Below, piece by piece: positions 34,705 through 43,196 of a stretch of 64,000 nucleotides of DNA (its first letter is position 1; every line of letters begins with the position of its first letter). The DNA lies in NCBI RefSeq assembly GCF_937870815.1, contig NZ_CALMZS010000116.1:3416-67415 (forward strand). Reading direction: 5' to 3'. This DNA is from an uncultured Brevundimonas sp. GTDB lineage: Bacteria; Pseudomonadota; Alphaproteobacteria; Caulobacterales; Caulobacteraceae. The position numbers were made by a program, and so were the translations under genes. Below the pieces are notes generated by a model, which ran no database searches, was not told the DNA's origin, and was given only the letters and a program-made list of their open reading frames with translations.

Positions 34705-35813
34705 ACGCTCCGGTTGACGTCGGCGGTCGCGACGCCTTGCTGCAACGCGCCCGTGACCTGCGCGCCGAACACTGCATCCCGGAAGCCCTGGCCGTCCTCG
34801 CGCGCCTGGAGCAACGGCACCCGCGGTTCAGCCGCCTGCATCACGAGCGTGGCCACTGCCATGTGCTCCAGCGGAATGCGGCGGCGGCGGTGGAGGCCTT
34901 GCGCGAGGCGGTGCGCCTCAATCCCACGCTGCCGGCCAGCTGGGACATGCTGGAGCAGCTCCATCGCCTGCGCGGCGAGACCGCGCAGGCGGCCTTCGCG
35001 GCGGAGCGCCTGGCCGTCCTGAGACAATTGCCTCCAGAGGTGGTCGCGGCCGACAGCCTGTTGGCCGACGGCGACCTTGAGCCGGCCGAAGCCATTCTTC
35101 GGGACTATCTGCGCCGGGCCGGCGACAATGTGGGCGCCCTGCGGCTGTTGGCGCGCATCCGCCAGGCGCAAGAGGCGCCGGAGGAGGCCGCGTCGCTGCT
35201 GGAAGCGGCGCTCGAACGCGCGCCGGACTATCACGCCGCGCGGCTCGACTACGCCATGCTGCTCCTCACCCGGCAGCGGCCCCTCCTGGCGCGGCGAGAG
35301 GCCGAACACCTGCTCGGCCACGACCCTGACAATCGCGACTACCGCAAACTGTACGGGGCGGCCTGCGTCGCCCTGGGCGACCATGAGCCGGTCATCGACC
35401 TGTACGAAAGGCTGCTGGCCGACCGACCCGCGTCGGGCGCCGAGGTCGCCGACCTGCGTCTGTGGCGGGCGAACGCCCTCAAGGTCGTTGGCCGACAATC
35501 GGAAGCCATCACCGACTATCGCGCCTCCCTTGCGGCGCGGCCCGACAATGGCGTCGCCTGGTTCAGTCTGGCCAACCTCAAGACCCATCGCTTCACCGAC
35601 GACGACATCGCCCGCATGCGCGCCGCGGAGGCGCGCCACGACCTGCAGGACATGGATCGGGTCTATCTGTGCTTCGCCCTTGGCAAGGCGCTGGAAGACG
35701 AGAACGACCATGCCGCCTCGTGGCGGTACTATGAGCGCGGCAACGCCCTGCGCCGCGCCGCGCCGCCGGCCGCTGGCGCTCCGAGGTCGCGGAGGCCTGC
35801 GCCCTGCGGCTGA
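34701..35813 (+). CDS. TPR-repeat N-terminal part of a TPR-sulfotransferase (frame interrupted near 35750-35775)
   Basis: Multiple TPR-like repeats. The GTG start overlaps the upstream stop (GTGA). The last roughly 20 residues (AAPPAAGAPRSRRPAPCG) look out of frame. See the frameshift finding. Confidence 0.65.
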   Translation: MNAPVDVGGRDALLQRARDLRAEHCIPEALAVLARLEQRHPRFSRLHHERGHCHVLQRNAAAAVEALREAVRLNPTLPASWDMLEQLHRLRGETAQAAFAAERLAVLRQLPPEVVAADSLLADGDLEPAEAILRDYLRRAGDNVGALRLLARIRQAQEAPEEAASLLEAALERAPDYHAARLDYAMLLLTRQRPLLARREAEHLLGHDPDNRDYRKLYGAACVALGDHEPVIDLYERLLADRPASGAEVADLRLWRANALKVVGRQSEAITDYRASLAARPDNGVAWFSLANLKTHRFTDDDIARMRAAEARHDLQDMDRVYLCFALGKALEDENDHAASWRYYERGNALRRAAPPAAGAPRSRRPAPCG

Positions 35814-35818
35814 AGCCG

Positions 35819-36625
35819 GTGTTCACGGCCGAGTTCTTCGCCGCGCGGGCCGGCTGGGGCGTCGCCGACGCGGCGCCGATCTTCATCGTCGGCCTGCCGC
35901 GCTCGGGCTCGACATTGATCGAACAGATTTTGGCCTCGCATTCGCGGGTCGAGGGCGCCCAGGAACTGACCGAGATCGACCGATACGCCGGCGAACTGTG
36001 CGGTCGCGATCCCGATTGCGGCCTGCCGCTGCGTCCCGAAGCCCTGGCGCGTCTCGCGGACAAGCAGGCCCGCGCGCTGGGCGAACGTTTCCTTGCCGAC
36101 ACGGCCGTCCATCGCCGGCTGGGCAGGCCGTTCTTCATCGACAAGATGCCGAACAACTTCTGGCACATCGGCCTGATCCATCTGATCCTGCCCCGATCCA
36201 TCATCATCGACGTGCGGCGCGAGCCGATGGCCTGCGGCTTCAGCAACCTCAAACAGCTGTTCGGCACGACCAACCAGGCCTTCACCTACGGCGCGGAAGA
36301 CATCGCCCGCTACTATCGGACCTACCTCGACCTGATGCGGCACTGGGACGAGGCGCTGCCGGGACGCGTGCTGAGGGTGCAGTACGAGGACGTGGTCGAT
36401 GACCTGGAAGGCGGCGTGCGGCGCATGCTGGCGCATTGCGGCCTGCCGTTCGAACCGGCCTGCCTGAACTTCCACGAGACCCGGCGCAGCATCCGCACGC
36501 CCAGCTCCGAACAGGTGCGCCGGCCCATCGGCCGGGAGGGGCTCGACCAATGGCGGAACTACACGCCGTGGCTGGCGCCGCTTCGGGATGCGCTGGGCGA
36601 TGCCGCGACCGGCTACAGGGGCTGA
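35819..36625 (+). CDS. Sulfotransferase catalytic part of the same TPR-sulfotransferase
   Basis: PIFIVGLPRSGSTLIEQILASHS (PAPS 5'-PSB), IIIDVRREPMACGFS (3'-PB region). This frame is open and protein-like back to about 35770 (GRWRSEVAEACALRLKPVFTAEFF). Confidence 0.7.
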   Translation: MFTAEFFAARAGWGVADAAPIFIVGLPRSGSTLIEQILASHSRVEGAQELTEIDRYAGELCGRDPDCGLPLRPEALARLADKQARALGERFLADTAVHRRLGRPFFIDKMPNNFWHIGLIHLILPRSIIIDVRREPMACGFSNLKQLFGTTNQAFTYGAEDIARYYRTYLDLMRHWDEALPGRVLRVQYEDVVDDLEGGVRRMLAHCGLPFEPACLNFHETRRSIRTPSSEQVRRPIGREGLDQWRNYTPWLAPLRDALGDAATGYRG

Positions 36626-36628
36626 TCG

Positions 36629-37582
36629 ATGCGTCTCGCCAAACCCTTCTTCCAGCTCCCCGTGCTGTTCGAGGTCGAGCGGCTCCAGGCCGAGGTCGCG
36701 GCCCTGCCGCCCGAGGCCTGGGTCCCGCACCCCGACAGAGTGCCGGGCAACAGCGCGGCGCGCCTGATCAGCGCCGGCGGGGCCGAGACGGATTCCGTTC
36801 ACGGCCAGATGCTCCCGACGCCCTGGCTCGCGGCCATGCCTTACGCGCGTCAGGTGCTGGCGGGCTTCGGCGTGGTGTGGAGCCGCTCGCGCCTGATGCG
36901 CCTGGCGCCCGGTGCGGTCGTGCCCGAGCACGCCGACATCAACTACCACTGGCACACCCGCGTGCGCCTCCACATACCGATCACGACGCGACCGCAGGTG
37001 AGCTTCCACTGCGACGGCGAGACCGTGCACATGGCCGCCGGGGAAGCCTGGATCTTCGACAACTGGCGCAGGCACCATGTTGAGAACAGGGCAGAGGCAG
37101 ATCGCATTCACCTGGTCGCGGACACCACCGGCACGGCCGCCTTCTGGCGTTTCGCCTGCGGCCCGACCCCGCCGCGCGCGCAATGGCGGACCATGCCCTG
37201 GAACCCGGACATCACCCCGCGCCTGCTCACCGAGAGCGACCATCACTCACCGATCATGCCCGCCGCCGAGGTGCAGCTGTTGGTCGACGACCTCCGCGCC
37301 GAACTGACCATCACCGCTGAAAGCCCCGACGCCAGGGCCAGGGCCGTGCGGTTCGGCCTGCTGCTGGAGAGCTTCGTCCAGGACTGGCGCCAGCTGTGCG
37401 CCCTTCACGGCGTCAGCGGTCGCGCCCGCCCGGAGTTCGAACGCCTGGTCGCCGCCGCCCATCAGGCGGCCAGACCGCTCGCCGACGGTCTCGTCATGCG
37501 CACGAACCACGCCGGCGCCCTGCTGGTGCTCGAAAAGCGCGTGCTGCAGCATCTGGTCGCGGACGACGGAGCCGAGACGTGA
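36629..37582 (+). CDS. Aspartyl/asparaginyl beta-hydroxylase-family 2OG/Fe(II) oxygenase (second copy, longer)
   Basis: GAVVPEHADINYHWHTRVRLHIPITTRPQV...GEAWIFDNWRRHHVENRAEADRIHLVADT, plus a C-terminal extension of about 130 aa. Confidence 0.8.
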   Translation: MRLAKPFFQLPVLFEVERLQAEVAALPPEAWVPHPDRVPGNSAARLISAGGAETDSVHGQMLPTPWLAAMPYARQVLAGFGVVWSRSRLMRLAPGAVVPEHADINYHWHTRVRLHIPITTRPQVSFHCDGETVHMAAGEAWIFDNWRRHHVENRAEADRIHLVADTTGTAAFWRFACGPTPPRAQWRTMPWNPDITPRLLTESDHHSPIMPAAEVQLLVDDLRAELTITAESPDARARAVRFGLLLESFVQDWRQLCALHGVSGRARPEFERLVAAAHQAARPLADGLVMRTNHAGALLVLEKRVLQHLVADDGAET

Positions 37583-37723
37583 TCCGATCACCAGACGGCC
37601 GGCGCGGGGCGGCCGCCCAAACTGTCACGCTCGGGATGTAGTCCGCACATCGACGACGCGACCTCGCCCCGGCGCAAGGTCGTGGTCGGCGCCCGACACC
37701 CTTCAGGCCTGGAGCCGCACACC

Positions 37724-38878
37724 ATGAAACGCGTCCGCTATCCGACCTTCCTGGCCGTCGCCGCCCTGCTTGCCCTGACCGCCGCGCCCGTGCTGGCCCA
37801 GGACAATCCGGCGCCCGCTTCGGAGGCGACGCATCCGGCCAGGGCCAGGAACGTCATTCTCTTCCTCGCCGATGCGGGCGGTGTGTCGACGATCTCGGCG
37901 GCCAGCCTTCTGGGCTATGGCGAGCCCCTGCGCCTGCATGTTCAGCAATGGCCGTATCTGGGACTGAGCGAGACTTCGCCCGTCGATGAGTTCGTCTCGG
38001 ATTCGGCGAACGGCATGTCGTCGATCGTGACCGGCGTGAAGACCCGCAACGGCGTCATCAGCCAGGGCCCTGACGCGGTGAGGGGGCAGAGCGACGGGGC
38101 GCCGGCCAAGACCCTGCTGGAGTATGCGGAGGAGCAAGGCCTGTGGACCGGCGTCATCACGACCCAGTCCATCGCCGACGCCACGCCGGCGGCCAGCTAC
38201 GCCCATTCGAACGATCGGGGAGACTGGGGCCGGATCTTCGCCCAGGTCTTCACCCCGCGGTTCGGCGACGGCGTCGATGTGATGTTCGGCGCGGGCCGTC
38301 AGGCAGTCGGCGATCAGCTGAACGCCCTGGGCACGGGCTTCGACGCGCTCGGCCAGACCCGCGCCCGACCGATCTATGCGACGCTCGGGGACGCGCCGGC
38401 CGAGAACATGCGGCCGGTGGTGGTCAGCGACGCGATGGACGTTCACGCCGCCACGCTCCGCGCCCTGGACATCCTGCAACAATCGCCCCGCGGCTATTTC
38501 CTCATGGTCGAATGGGACGCCCACACCGACGATCCGCGTGCGGGTCTGCAGAATGTGGTCGATTTCGACAGGCTGATCGCCCAGGTGCAGAGCCGGGTCG
38601 ATCTAGACGACACCCTGCTGGTGTTCACCGCGGACCACGCCTTCGGCCTGCAGGTCGACGGCGGCCGTCGCGGCGAACCTCTGCTCGAAGGCTACGATGC
38701 CTGGAAGGCCTCGGGCGACGAGGCCGACCTCGTTCGCCTCGAGAACGTGCTGGTCAACCGCACGCACACGGCCGAGGAGGTTCCGGTTCTGGCGATCGGG
38801 GTCGGCGCCGAGCGCGTCCGAGGGTATTTCCCCAACACCTACCTGTTCCGGGTGATGATGGACGCCTGGGGCTGGTGA
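37724..38878 (+). CDS. Secreted alkaline phosphatase (PhoA-type fold)
   Basis: Signal peptide MKRVRYPTFLAVAALLALTAAPVLAQ. VILFLADAGG, DSANGMSSIVTG (nucleophile Ser context), ADATPAASYAHS and EWDAHTDD. Confidence 0.85.
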   Translation: MKRVRYPTFLAVAALLALTAAPVLAQDNPAPASEATHPARARNVILFLADAGGVSTISAASLLGYGEPLRLHVQQWPYLGLSETSPVDEFVSDSANGMSSIVTGVKTRNGVISQGPDAVRGQSDGAPAKTLLEYAEEQGLWTGVITTQSIADATPAASYAHSNDRGDWGRIFAQVFTPRFGDGVDVMFGAGRQAVGDQLNALGTGFDALGQTRARPIYATLGDAPAENMRPVVVSDAMDVHAATLRALDILQQSPRGYFLMVEWDAHTDDPRAGLQNVVDFDRLIAQVQSRVDLDDTLLVFTADHAFGLQVDGGRRGEPLLEGYDAWKASGDEADLVRLENVLVNRTHTAEEVPVLAIGVGAERVRGYFPNTYLFRVMMDAWGW

Positions 38879-39076
38879 CCGAATGCGATTGACCGCCGTC
38901 TGCCCGCGGTCCGCACGGGTCTGGTCGATCCGGCCTGAAGCGGGGGAGGGGGCGGGCCCGCTGGTGGCGATCTCGGGAAGCGGGGTGATCACGCCGAGCA
39001 GCAGCATGCGACCCGGTCCGCTCAGGCCGGCCCGTATGACGGCGGGCGGGACCTGCGAGAGGGCGCCGCGCCGGCC

Positions 39077-39448
39077 TCAGACCTCGGTCACCCGTTCGAC
39101 GGCATAGGTGTGGACGGTCCCGTCGCCGTCGATGATCGACACATATTCTCCGGGGACGAAACGCTCCTCGCCCAGCCGGAAGCCGGTGGCGTCCTCGCGC
39201 TCGCCGCCCGGGAAATCCAGCAGCCAGCGGTCGCCGGTGGTGTGCCGCAGGCGGCCGGTGGCGACGGTGACGTCGCGGTCGAAGCGCCGCACCCGGCAAC
39301 GGGCCGCCTGGTCGCGGCAGGCCTCGAGATCAAGCCGGCCGTCGTCGTCGAGGAAGGCGACGATGTCGTAGCCGGCGCGGGCGTCGCCGTGGGGGTGACC
39401 CGGCTCGCGGGCCAGTTCGAGACGGATGTGACGGGCACTGGGGGGCAT
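39077..39448 (-). CDS. Hypothetical 123-aa protein
   Basis: Good SD (AGGAAGGA) before the ATG at 39448. The longer 260-aa ORF upstream is Ala/Arg/Pro junk. No family recognised. Confidence 0.5.
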   Translation of the reverse strand: MPPSARHIRLELAREPGHPHGDARAGYDIVAFLDDDGRLDLEACRDQAARCRVRRFDRDVTVATGRLRHTTGDRWLLDFPGGEREDATGFRLGEERFVPGEYVSIIDGDGTVHTYAVERVTEV

Positions 39449-39536
39449 CGGGTCCTTCCTGGGGCGGGGGCGACCGGCGGCGGGGCGGCCCGGCGCGGTC
39501 ATGGCGTCACCAGAACCCGTGGGGACGGCGGCCGCC

Positions 39537-39550
39537 TTGATCAGGATCAA
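39537..39550. promoter_or_regulatory. FixK/FNR box TTGATCAGGATCAA
   Basis: Perfect TTGAT-N4-ATCAA in the divergent spacer, 80.5 nt (box centre) from the cytochrome c ATG. Confidence 0.55.
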
Positions 39551-39623
39551 CGCCGCCGATCCGGACCCGGGCCAGGGTGGGACCCGGAGAGGCGTCATGA
39601 TAGGGTGGGGCCGGAGACGCATC

Positions 39624-40022
39624 ATGAACCTGCCCCGCCTCGCCGCCGCCGTCGTCCTCGTCTTCGCCGCCGCCGCCTGCGCCGGCGAACGGTCGCCGCC
39701 CGCGTCCCCGGCCGCCCCGACCGCCCTGACCGCCCCCCCGACCGCCTTGGGCGGGGCCACGGCCCAGGCCGCCGCCCGGGGCCAGCAGCTCGCGGCCGGG
39801 GTCTGCGCCCGCTGCCACGCGGTGGCGGGCGCGGGACCCAGCCCGATGGCCGAGGCCACGCCGTTCCGCGAGATCGTCCACCGCTATCCCCTCGACCACC
39901 TCGAGGAGGCCTTCGCCGAGGGTCTGGTGACCGGCCACCCGGCCATGCCGGCCTTCGTGTTCCGGGCCGGCGAGATCGACGACCTGATCGCCTATCTCGA
40001 GACCGTGAAGGCCGGGCCATGA
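39624..40022 (+). CDS. Exported mono-haem c-type cytochrome
   Basis: Signal/lipobox-like MNLPRLAAAVVLVFAAAAC. Haem motif CARCH. Downstream Met (GHPAMPAF). Confidence 0.8.
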   Translation: MNLPRLAAAVVLVFAAAACAGERSPPASPAAPTALTAPPTALGGATAQAAARGQQLAAGVCARCHAVAGAGPSPMAEATPFREIVHRYPLDHLEEAFAEGLVTGHPAMPAFVFRAGEIDDLIAYLETVKAGP

Positions 40023-40519
40023 GCGCCGCGGTCCCGACCCCCATTCACGGCCGCGCGGTCGCCGCCATCGTCGACCTGCTCGAGCGCGAGCGGCTGATGA
40101 CCCTGGCCTGCAACCGGCCGGACGGCTGGCCGCAGGCGACCACGGTCGGCTATCTGAACGAAGGCCTGAACCTCTATTTCATCGTCGCCCGCGACAGCCA
40201 GAAATTCGCCAACCTCCAGGCCGATCCGCGCGCCTCGGCGGCCATCCGTTCGCAGGCCCCGAGCGGCGGCGGCGTCGGCCTGTCCATGGCCGGCCGGGTC
40301 GTCGAGGTGATCGAGCCGGAGGCGGTCGAACAGCTCAACCGCCGGGTCGTCGAGCGCTACCCGGACGTCCACGTCTATTCGCCCTCGGGCAGCTCGGTCG
40401 CGGTGCTGCATTTCGCGCCGGCCATCATCTCCGCCGTCGGCGTGACCGGCGGACGCAGCGACGCCGAGACCTTCTCGGTCGGACCGGACCCGGAGGGCGA
40501 CGTCTCCCGGCTGTTCTGA
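40019..40519 (+). CDS. Pyridoxamine 5'-phosphate oxidase-family (FMN-binding split-barrel) protein
   Basis: The ATG overlaps the cytochrome stop (ATGA). LMTLACNRPDGWPQATTVGYLNEGLNLYFIVARDSQKFANLQADPRASAAI. It corresponds to only the last 166 codons of ORF 39110..40519. Confidence 0.7.
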   Translation: MSAAVPTPIHGRAVAAIVDLLERERLMTLACNRPDGWPQATTVGYLNEGLNLYFIVARDSQKFANLQADPRASAAIRSQAPSGGGVGLSMAGRVVEVIEPEAVEQLNRRVVERYPDVHVYSPSGSSVAVLHFAPAIISAVGVTGGRSDAETFSVGPDPEGDVSRLF

Positions 40520-40525
40520 CGCGCC

Positions 40526-40539
40526 TTGACTCCGGTCAA
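40526..40539. promoter_or_regulatory. FixK/FNR box TTGACTCCGGTCAA
   Basis: TTGA-N6-TCAA with CC/GG flanks. Box centre is 55.5 nt from the ATG at 40588. Confidence 0.55.
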
Positions 40540-40587
40540 GGCGTCCGCGGCGCACGCGGTCGAAGGTGGGTTTCACGGAGAATCGCC

Positions 40588-41448
40588 ATGAGCCTGAAAC
40601 GCATCCTCACCCTGGCCTCCGGCGGCGCGGGCGACCCGTCGGCCCTGGCCTTCGCCGCCTGGCTGGCGGGCCAGCACGATAGCGTCGTGGAGGTCATTCC
40701 GGTCTACCCCGACTCGGTCGCCGACATGATCGCCCTGGGCATGACCCTCGGCGCCGCCCTGTCCCGGGACGCGGTCGAGGCCCTGGCGGCCGCCGAACGC
40801 GAACTGCAGGATCGCATCGAAACCGCCGGCCGGCGCGCCGCGAAGGGGGCGGACGTGGTGTTCGGGGCCGGGGAGGGCGCGCCCCGGTTGTCGGTCCACA
40901 CCCGGGGGCTCCGGCCGGCGCTCACCCTGACCCGCCATGCGGCCCTCGCCGACCTGGTCGTGGTCGCCCAGGAAGACGTGCTGACCGGGCCGGGCAAGGA
41001 TCTGCTGGGCCAGGCCTTGCTGGCCGACCGCGCGCCCGTGCTGGTCGCTCGCGGCGACCCCGATCGGCTGGCCGGTCCGGCCGCCGTCGCCTGGGACGGC
41101 AGCCCGCAGGCCGGGCGGGCCGTGCGCGCGGCCCTGCCCCTGCTGGCGATGGCCAGCGCCGTCCATGTGCTCCAGTGCGTGACCTCCCTCGATCGACAGG
41201 CGGCCGATCCTGACATCGACCTGCTCAACGCCTACCTCAGGCTCCACGGCGTCGGCGCCGGGGTGGCGACGCTGGTCGAGGGGCCGGACGAGGGCGCGGC
41301 GCTGGTCGCGGCGGCGGAAGCCGGGCGGGCGGGCCTGCTGGTGGCCGGCGCCTGGGGTCATTCGCGTCTGCGCGAGACCGTCTTCGGCGGGGCGACGCGA
41401 AGCTTTCTCGGCCGCAAGGACGGCCCCGCGCTGCTGCTGGCCCATTGA
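40588..41448 (+). CDS. Tandem-domain universal stress protein (UspA family)
   Basis: The C-terminal ATP-binding-type motif is LLVAGAWGHSRLRETVFGGATRSFL. Two USP-like halves are present. Confidence 0.85.
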   Translation: MSLKRILTLASGGAGDPSALAFAAWLAGQHDSVVEVIPVYPDSVADMIALGMTLGAALSRDAVEALAAAERELQDRIETAGRRAAKGADVVFGAGEGAPRLSVHTRGLRPALTLTRHAALADLVVVAQEDVLTGPGKDLLGQALLADRAPVLVARGDPDRLAGPAAVAWDGSPQAGRAVRAALPLLAMASAVHVLQCVTSLDRQAADPDIDLLNAYLRLHGVGAGVATLVEGPDEGAALVAAAEAGRAGLLVAGAWGHSRLRETVFGGATRSFLGRKDGPALLLAH

Positions 41449-41509
41449 CCTTGGCCCGTGGCCAGCCGGTCCGTGCGCGCGTCCCGTCGAGGCGGGGCCG
41501 TCGCGGCTG

Positions 41510-42196
41510 TCAGGTCCGCGACGGGCGGCTCGGCGGCCGCCGCGCGGCCGGCGGCGAAGGCGGAGGCGGCGAGGCGCTCCAGACGCCGGGGAAGGTCAGC
41601 TCGAAACGCGATCCCGTCGCCCCGACCGAGCGGTGCAGGTCCGCGCCGAGCTGGCCGGCGAGGCGGGACACCAACGACAGGCCGAAGCCGGTTGTCCAGT
41701 CGCCCCGCGACGCCCCCACCCCGGTGTCCGTGACCGTGAGCCGGGCGCCGGCGTCGGTGCGCTCCAGCGTCACCTCGACAAGCCCCGGCTGTTCGGCGAG
41801 CCCGTGTTCGAGGGCGTTGCCGACCCATTCGGCGGCGATCATCGCCAGGGCCGAGGCGGTTCTGGCGTCGGCGTAGAGCGGCTCGATGTCGACCCGCATG
41901 GCGGCCACGCGGTCGAGCGGATCCAGTTCGGCCACGTCGCGGCAGATGTCGCCCAGCAGCTCGTCCAGCCTGACCGCGTCGCCCCCGCCTTGCTGCAGGC
42001 GCTGGTGCAGGTGCATGACGGCCCGGACCCGCCGGCCGGCTTCGCTGAGGATGGCCGCGGCCCCGGGCGGCGCGGCGCGGCTCTCGAGCCTCAGCAGGCT
42101 GGCGACCGACTGGAGGCTGTTGCCGATCTGATGGTGGGCCGCCCGGACCACGTCCGCGGCGTCGGCGTGCCGGTGGCTGAAGCGGCTGGAGGTCAT
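41510..42196 (-). CDS. Sensor-less HisKA_2/HWE-type histidine kinase
   Basis: H box AAHHQIGNSLQSVASLL starts at about residue 20. N box EWVGNALEHG, G1 TVTDTGVG, G2 GFGLSLV. SD GGGAGAAGG before the ATG at 42196. The ORF-track N-terminal extension overlaps the SDR gene. Confidence 0.7.
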   Translation of the reverse strand: MTSSRFSHRHADAADVVRAAHHQIGNSLQSVASLLRLESRAAPPGAAAILSEAGRRVRAVMHLHQRLQQGGGDAVRLDELLGDICRDVAELDPLDRVAAMRVDIEPLYADARTASALAMIAAEWVGNALEHGLAEQPGLVEVTLERTDAGARLTVTDTGVGASRGDWTTGFGLSLVSRLAGQLGADLHRSVGATGSRFELTFPGVWSASPPPPSPPAARRPPSRPSRT

Positions 42197-42245
42197 CGCC
42201 TTCTCCCTCGATCGGCGACCCTGGATCGGACCGGGCCGCCGCGCC

Positions 42246-42259
42246 TTGAGACAGATCAA
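42246..42259. promoter_or_regulatory. FixK/FNR box TTGAGACAGATCAA
   Basis: TTGA-N6-TCAA. Box centre is 56.5 nt from the kinase ATG (42196). Confidence 0.55.
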
Positions 42260-42311
42260 GAGAACCTCTCCCGGCCCCTCCGGATCGCGGACGTCCGTCG
42301 CGCGACGGGAC

Positions 42312-43079
42312 TCAGCGGGCCGTGTAGCCGCCGTCGATGACGAGTTCGGCGCCGGTGACGAATTTCGCCTCGTCGGACGCCAGATAGACGGCTCCCCACG
42401 CGATATCGTCCGGCTCGCCGACATGGCCGAGCGGATGCAGCGCATCGACCGCCTTGCGGCCCGCCTCCGGGTCGCCTCGCGCCGACAGGTGGCTCTCCAC
42501 CATCGGCGTCCAGATGAAGCCCGGGTGGATCGAGTTCACGCGAATTCTGTCCGGCGCATAAATCAGGGCGTCGGTCTTGGTCATCAGCCGCACGGCGCCC
42601 TTGGACGCATGATAGGGCGGGACGTCGGCGCCCCCCACCAGGCCATAGATCGACGACAGGTTGATGATCGCGCCGCCCCCGGCGAGCCTCATCGGCGCGA
42701 TGACGTGCTTGGTGCAGAAGAAGACGCCCTTGACGTTGATCGCCTGGACCCAGTCCCACTCGGCCTCGCTGATCTCATGGGTGGGCTTGTCGACTCCGGC
42801 CACGCCGGCGTTGTTCACGAGGATGTCTATGCGGCCGAAATGCAGCGCGGCCTCGCGCATGACTGATTGCACCTCGCTCTCGCTGGCCACGTCGCAGCGC
42901 CAGTAGGCGGCGGGCAGCCCCCGCGTCTCCAGTTCGGCGACCAATGCGCGGCCCTCGGCGTCGCGAATGTCGAGAACGGCGACGGACGCGCCCTCCTCGG
43001 CCATGCGGATGGCCGTCGCCCGGCCGAGACCCACGGCGGCCCCGGTGATCACGGCGACCTTTCCCGACAGACGGTTCAT
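42312..43079 (-). CDS. SDR-family oxidoreductase
   Basis: GKVAVITGAAVGLGRA (TGxxxGxG), NNAGV and YHASKGAV (YxxxK). SD GGAGAA before the ATG at 43079. Confidence 0.85.
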   Translation of the reverse strand: MNRLSGKVAVITGAAVGLGRATAIRMAEEGASVAVLDIRDAEGRALVAELETRGLPAAYWRCDVASESEVQSVMREAALHFGRIDILVNNAGVAGVDKPTHEISEAEWDWVQAINVKGVFFCTKHVIAPMRLAGGGAIINLSSIYGLVGGADVPPYHASKGAVRLMTKTDALIYAPDRIRVNSIHPGFIWTPMVESHLSARGDPEAGRKAVDALHPLGHVGEPDDIAWGAVYLASDEAKFVTGAELVIDGGYTAR

Positions 43080-43128
43080 GCGAGTTCTCCGGTTCGCCTC
43101 CATCTCGCCTGAAGCGGCGGGGACCGCC

Positions 43129-43142
43129 TTGACCGATGTCAA
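43129..43142. promoter_or_regulatory. FixK/FNR box TTGACCGATGTCAA
   Basis: TTGAC-N4-GTCAA. Box centre is 56.5 nt from the SDR ATG (43079). Confidence 0.55.
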
Positions 43143-43196
43143 CCGGCCGTCCGGCCGCCGACGGTTTTTCCGGCTTCCGGGAAAATCGTCTCACCG

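Noticed and set aside
39110-40519. 469-aa plus-strand ORF, and the 260-aa minus ORF 39077..39859
   Set aside because: Only the last 166 codons (PNPOx-like) of the first and the last 123 codons of the second look like protein. The remainder overlaps other genes or the FixK-box spacer and is Arg/Gly/Pro/Ala junk.
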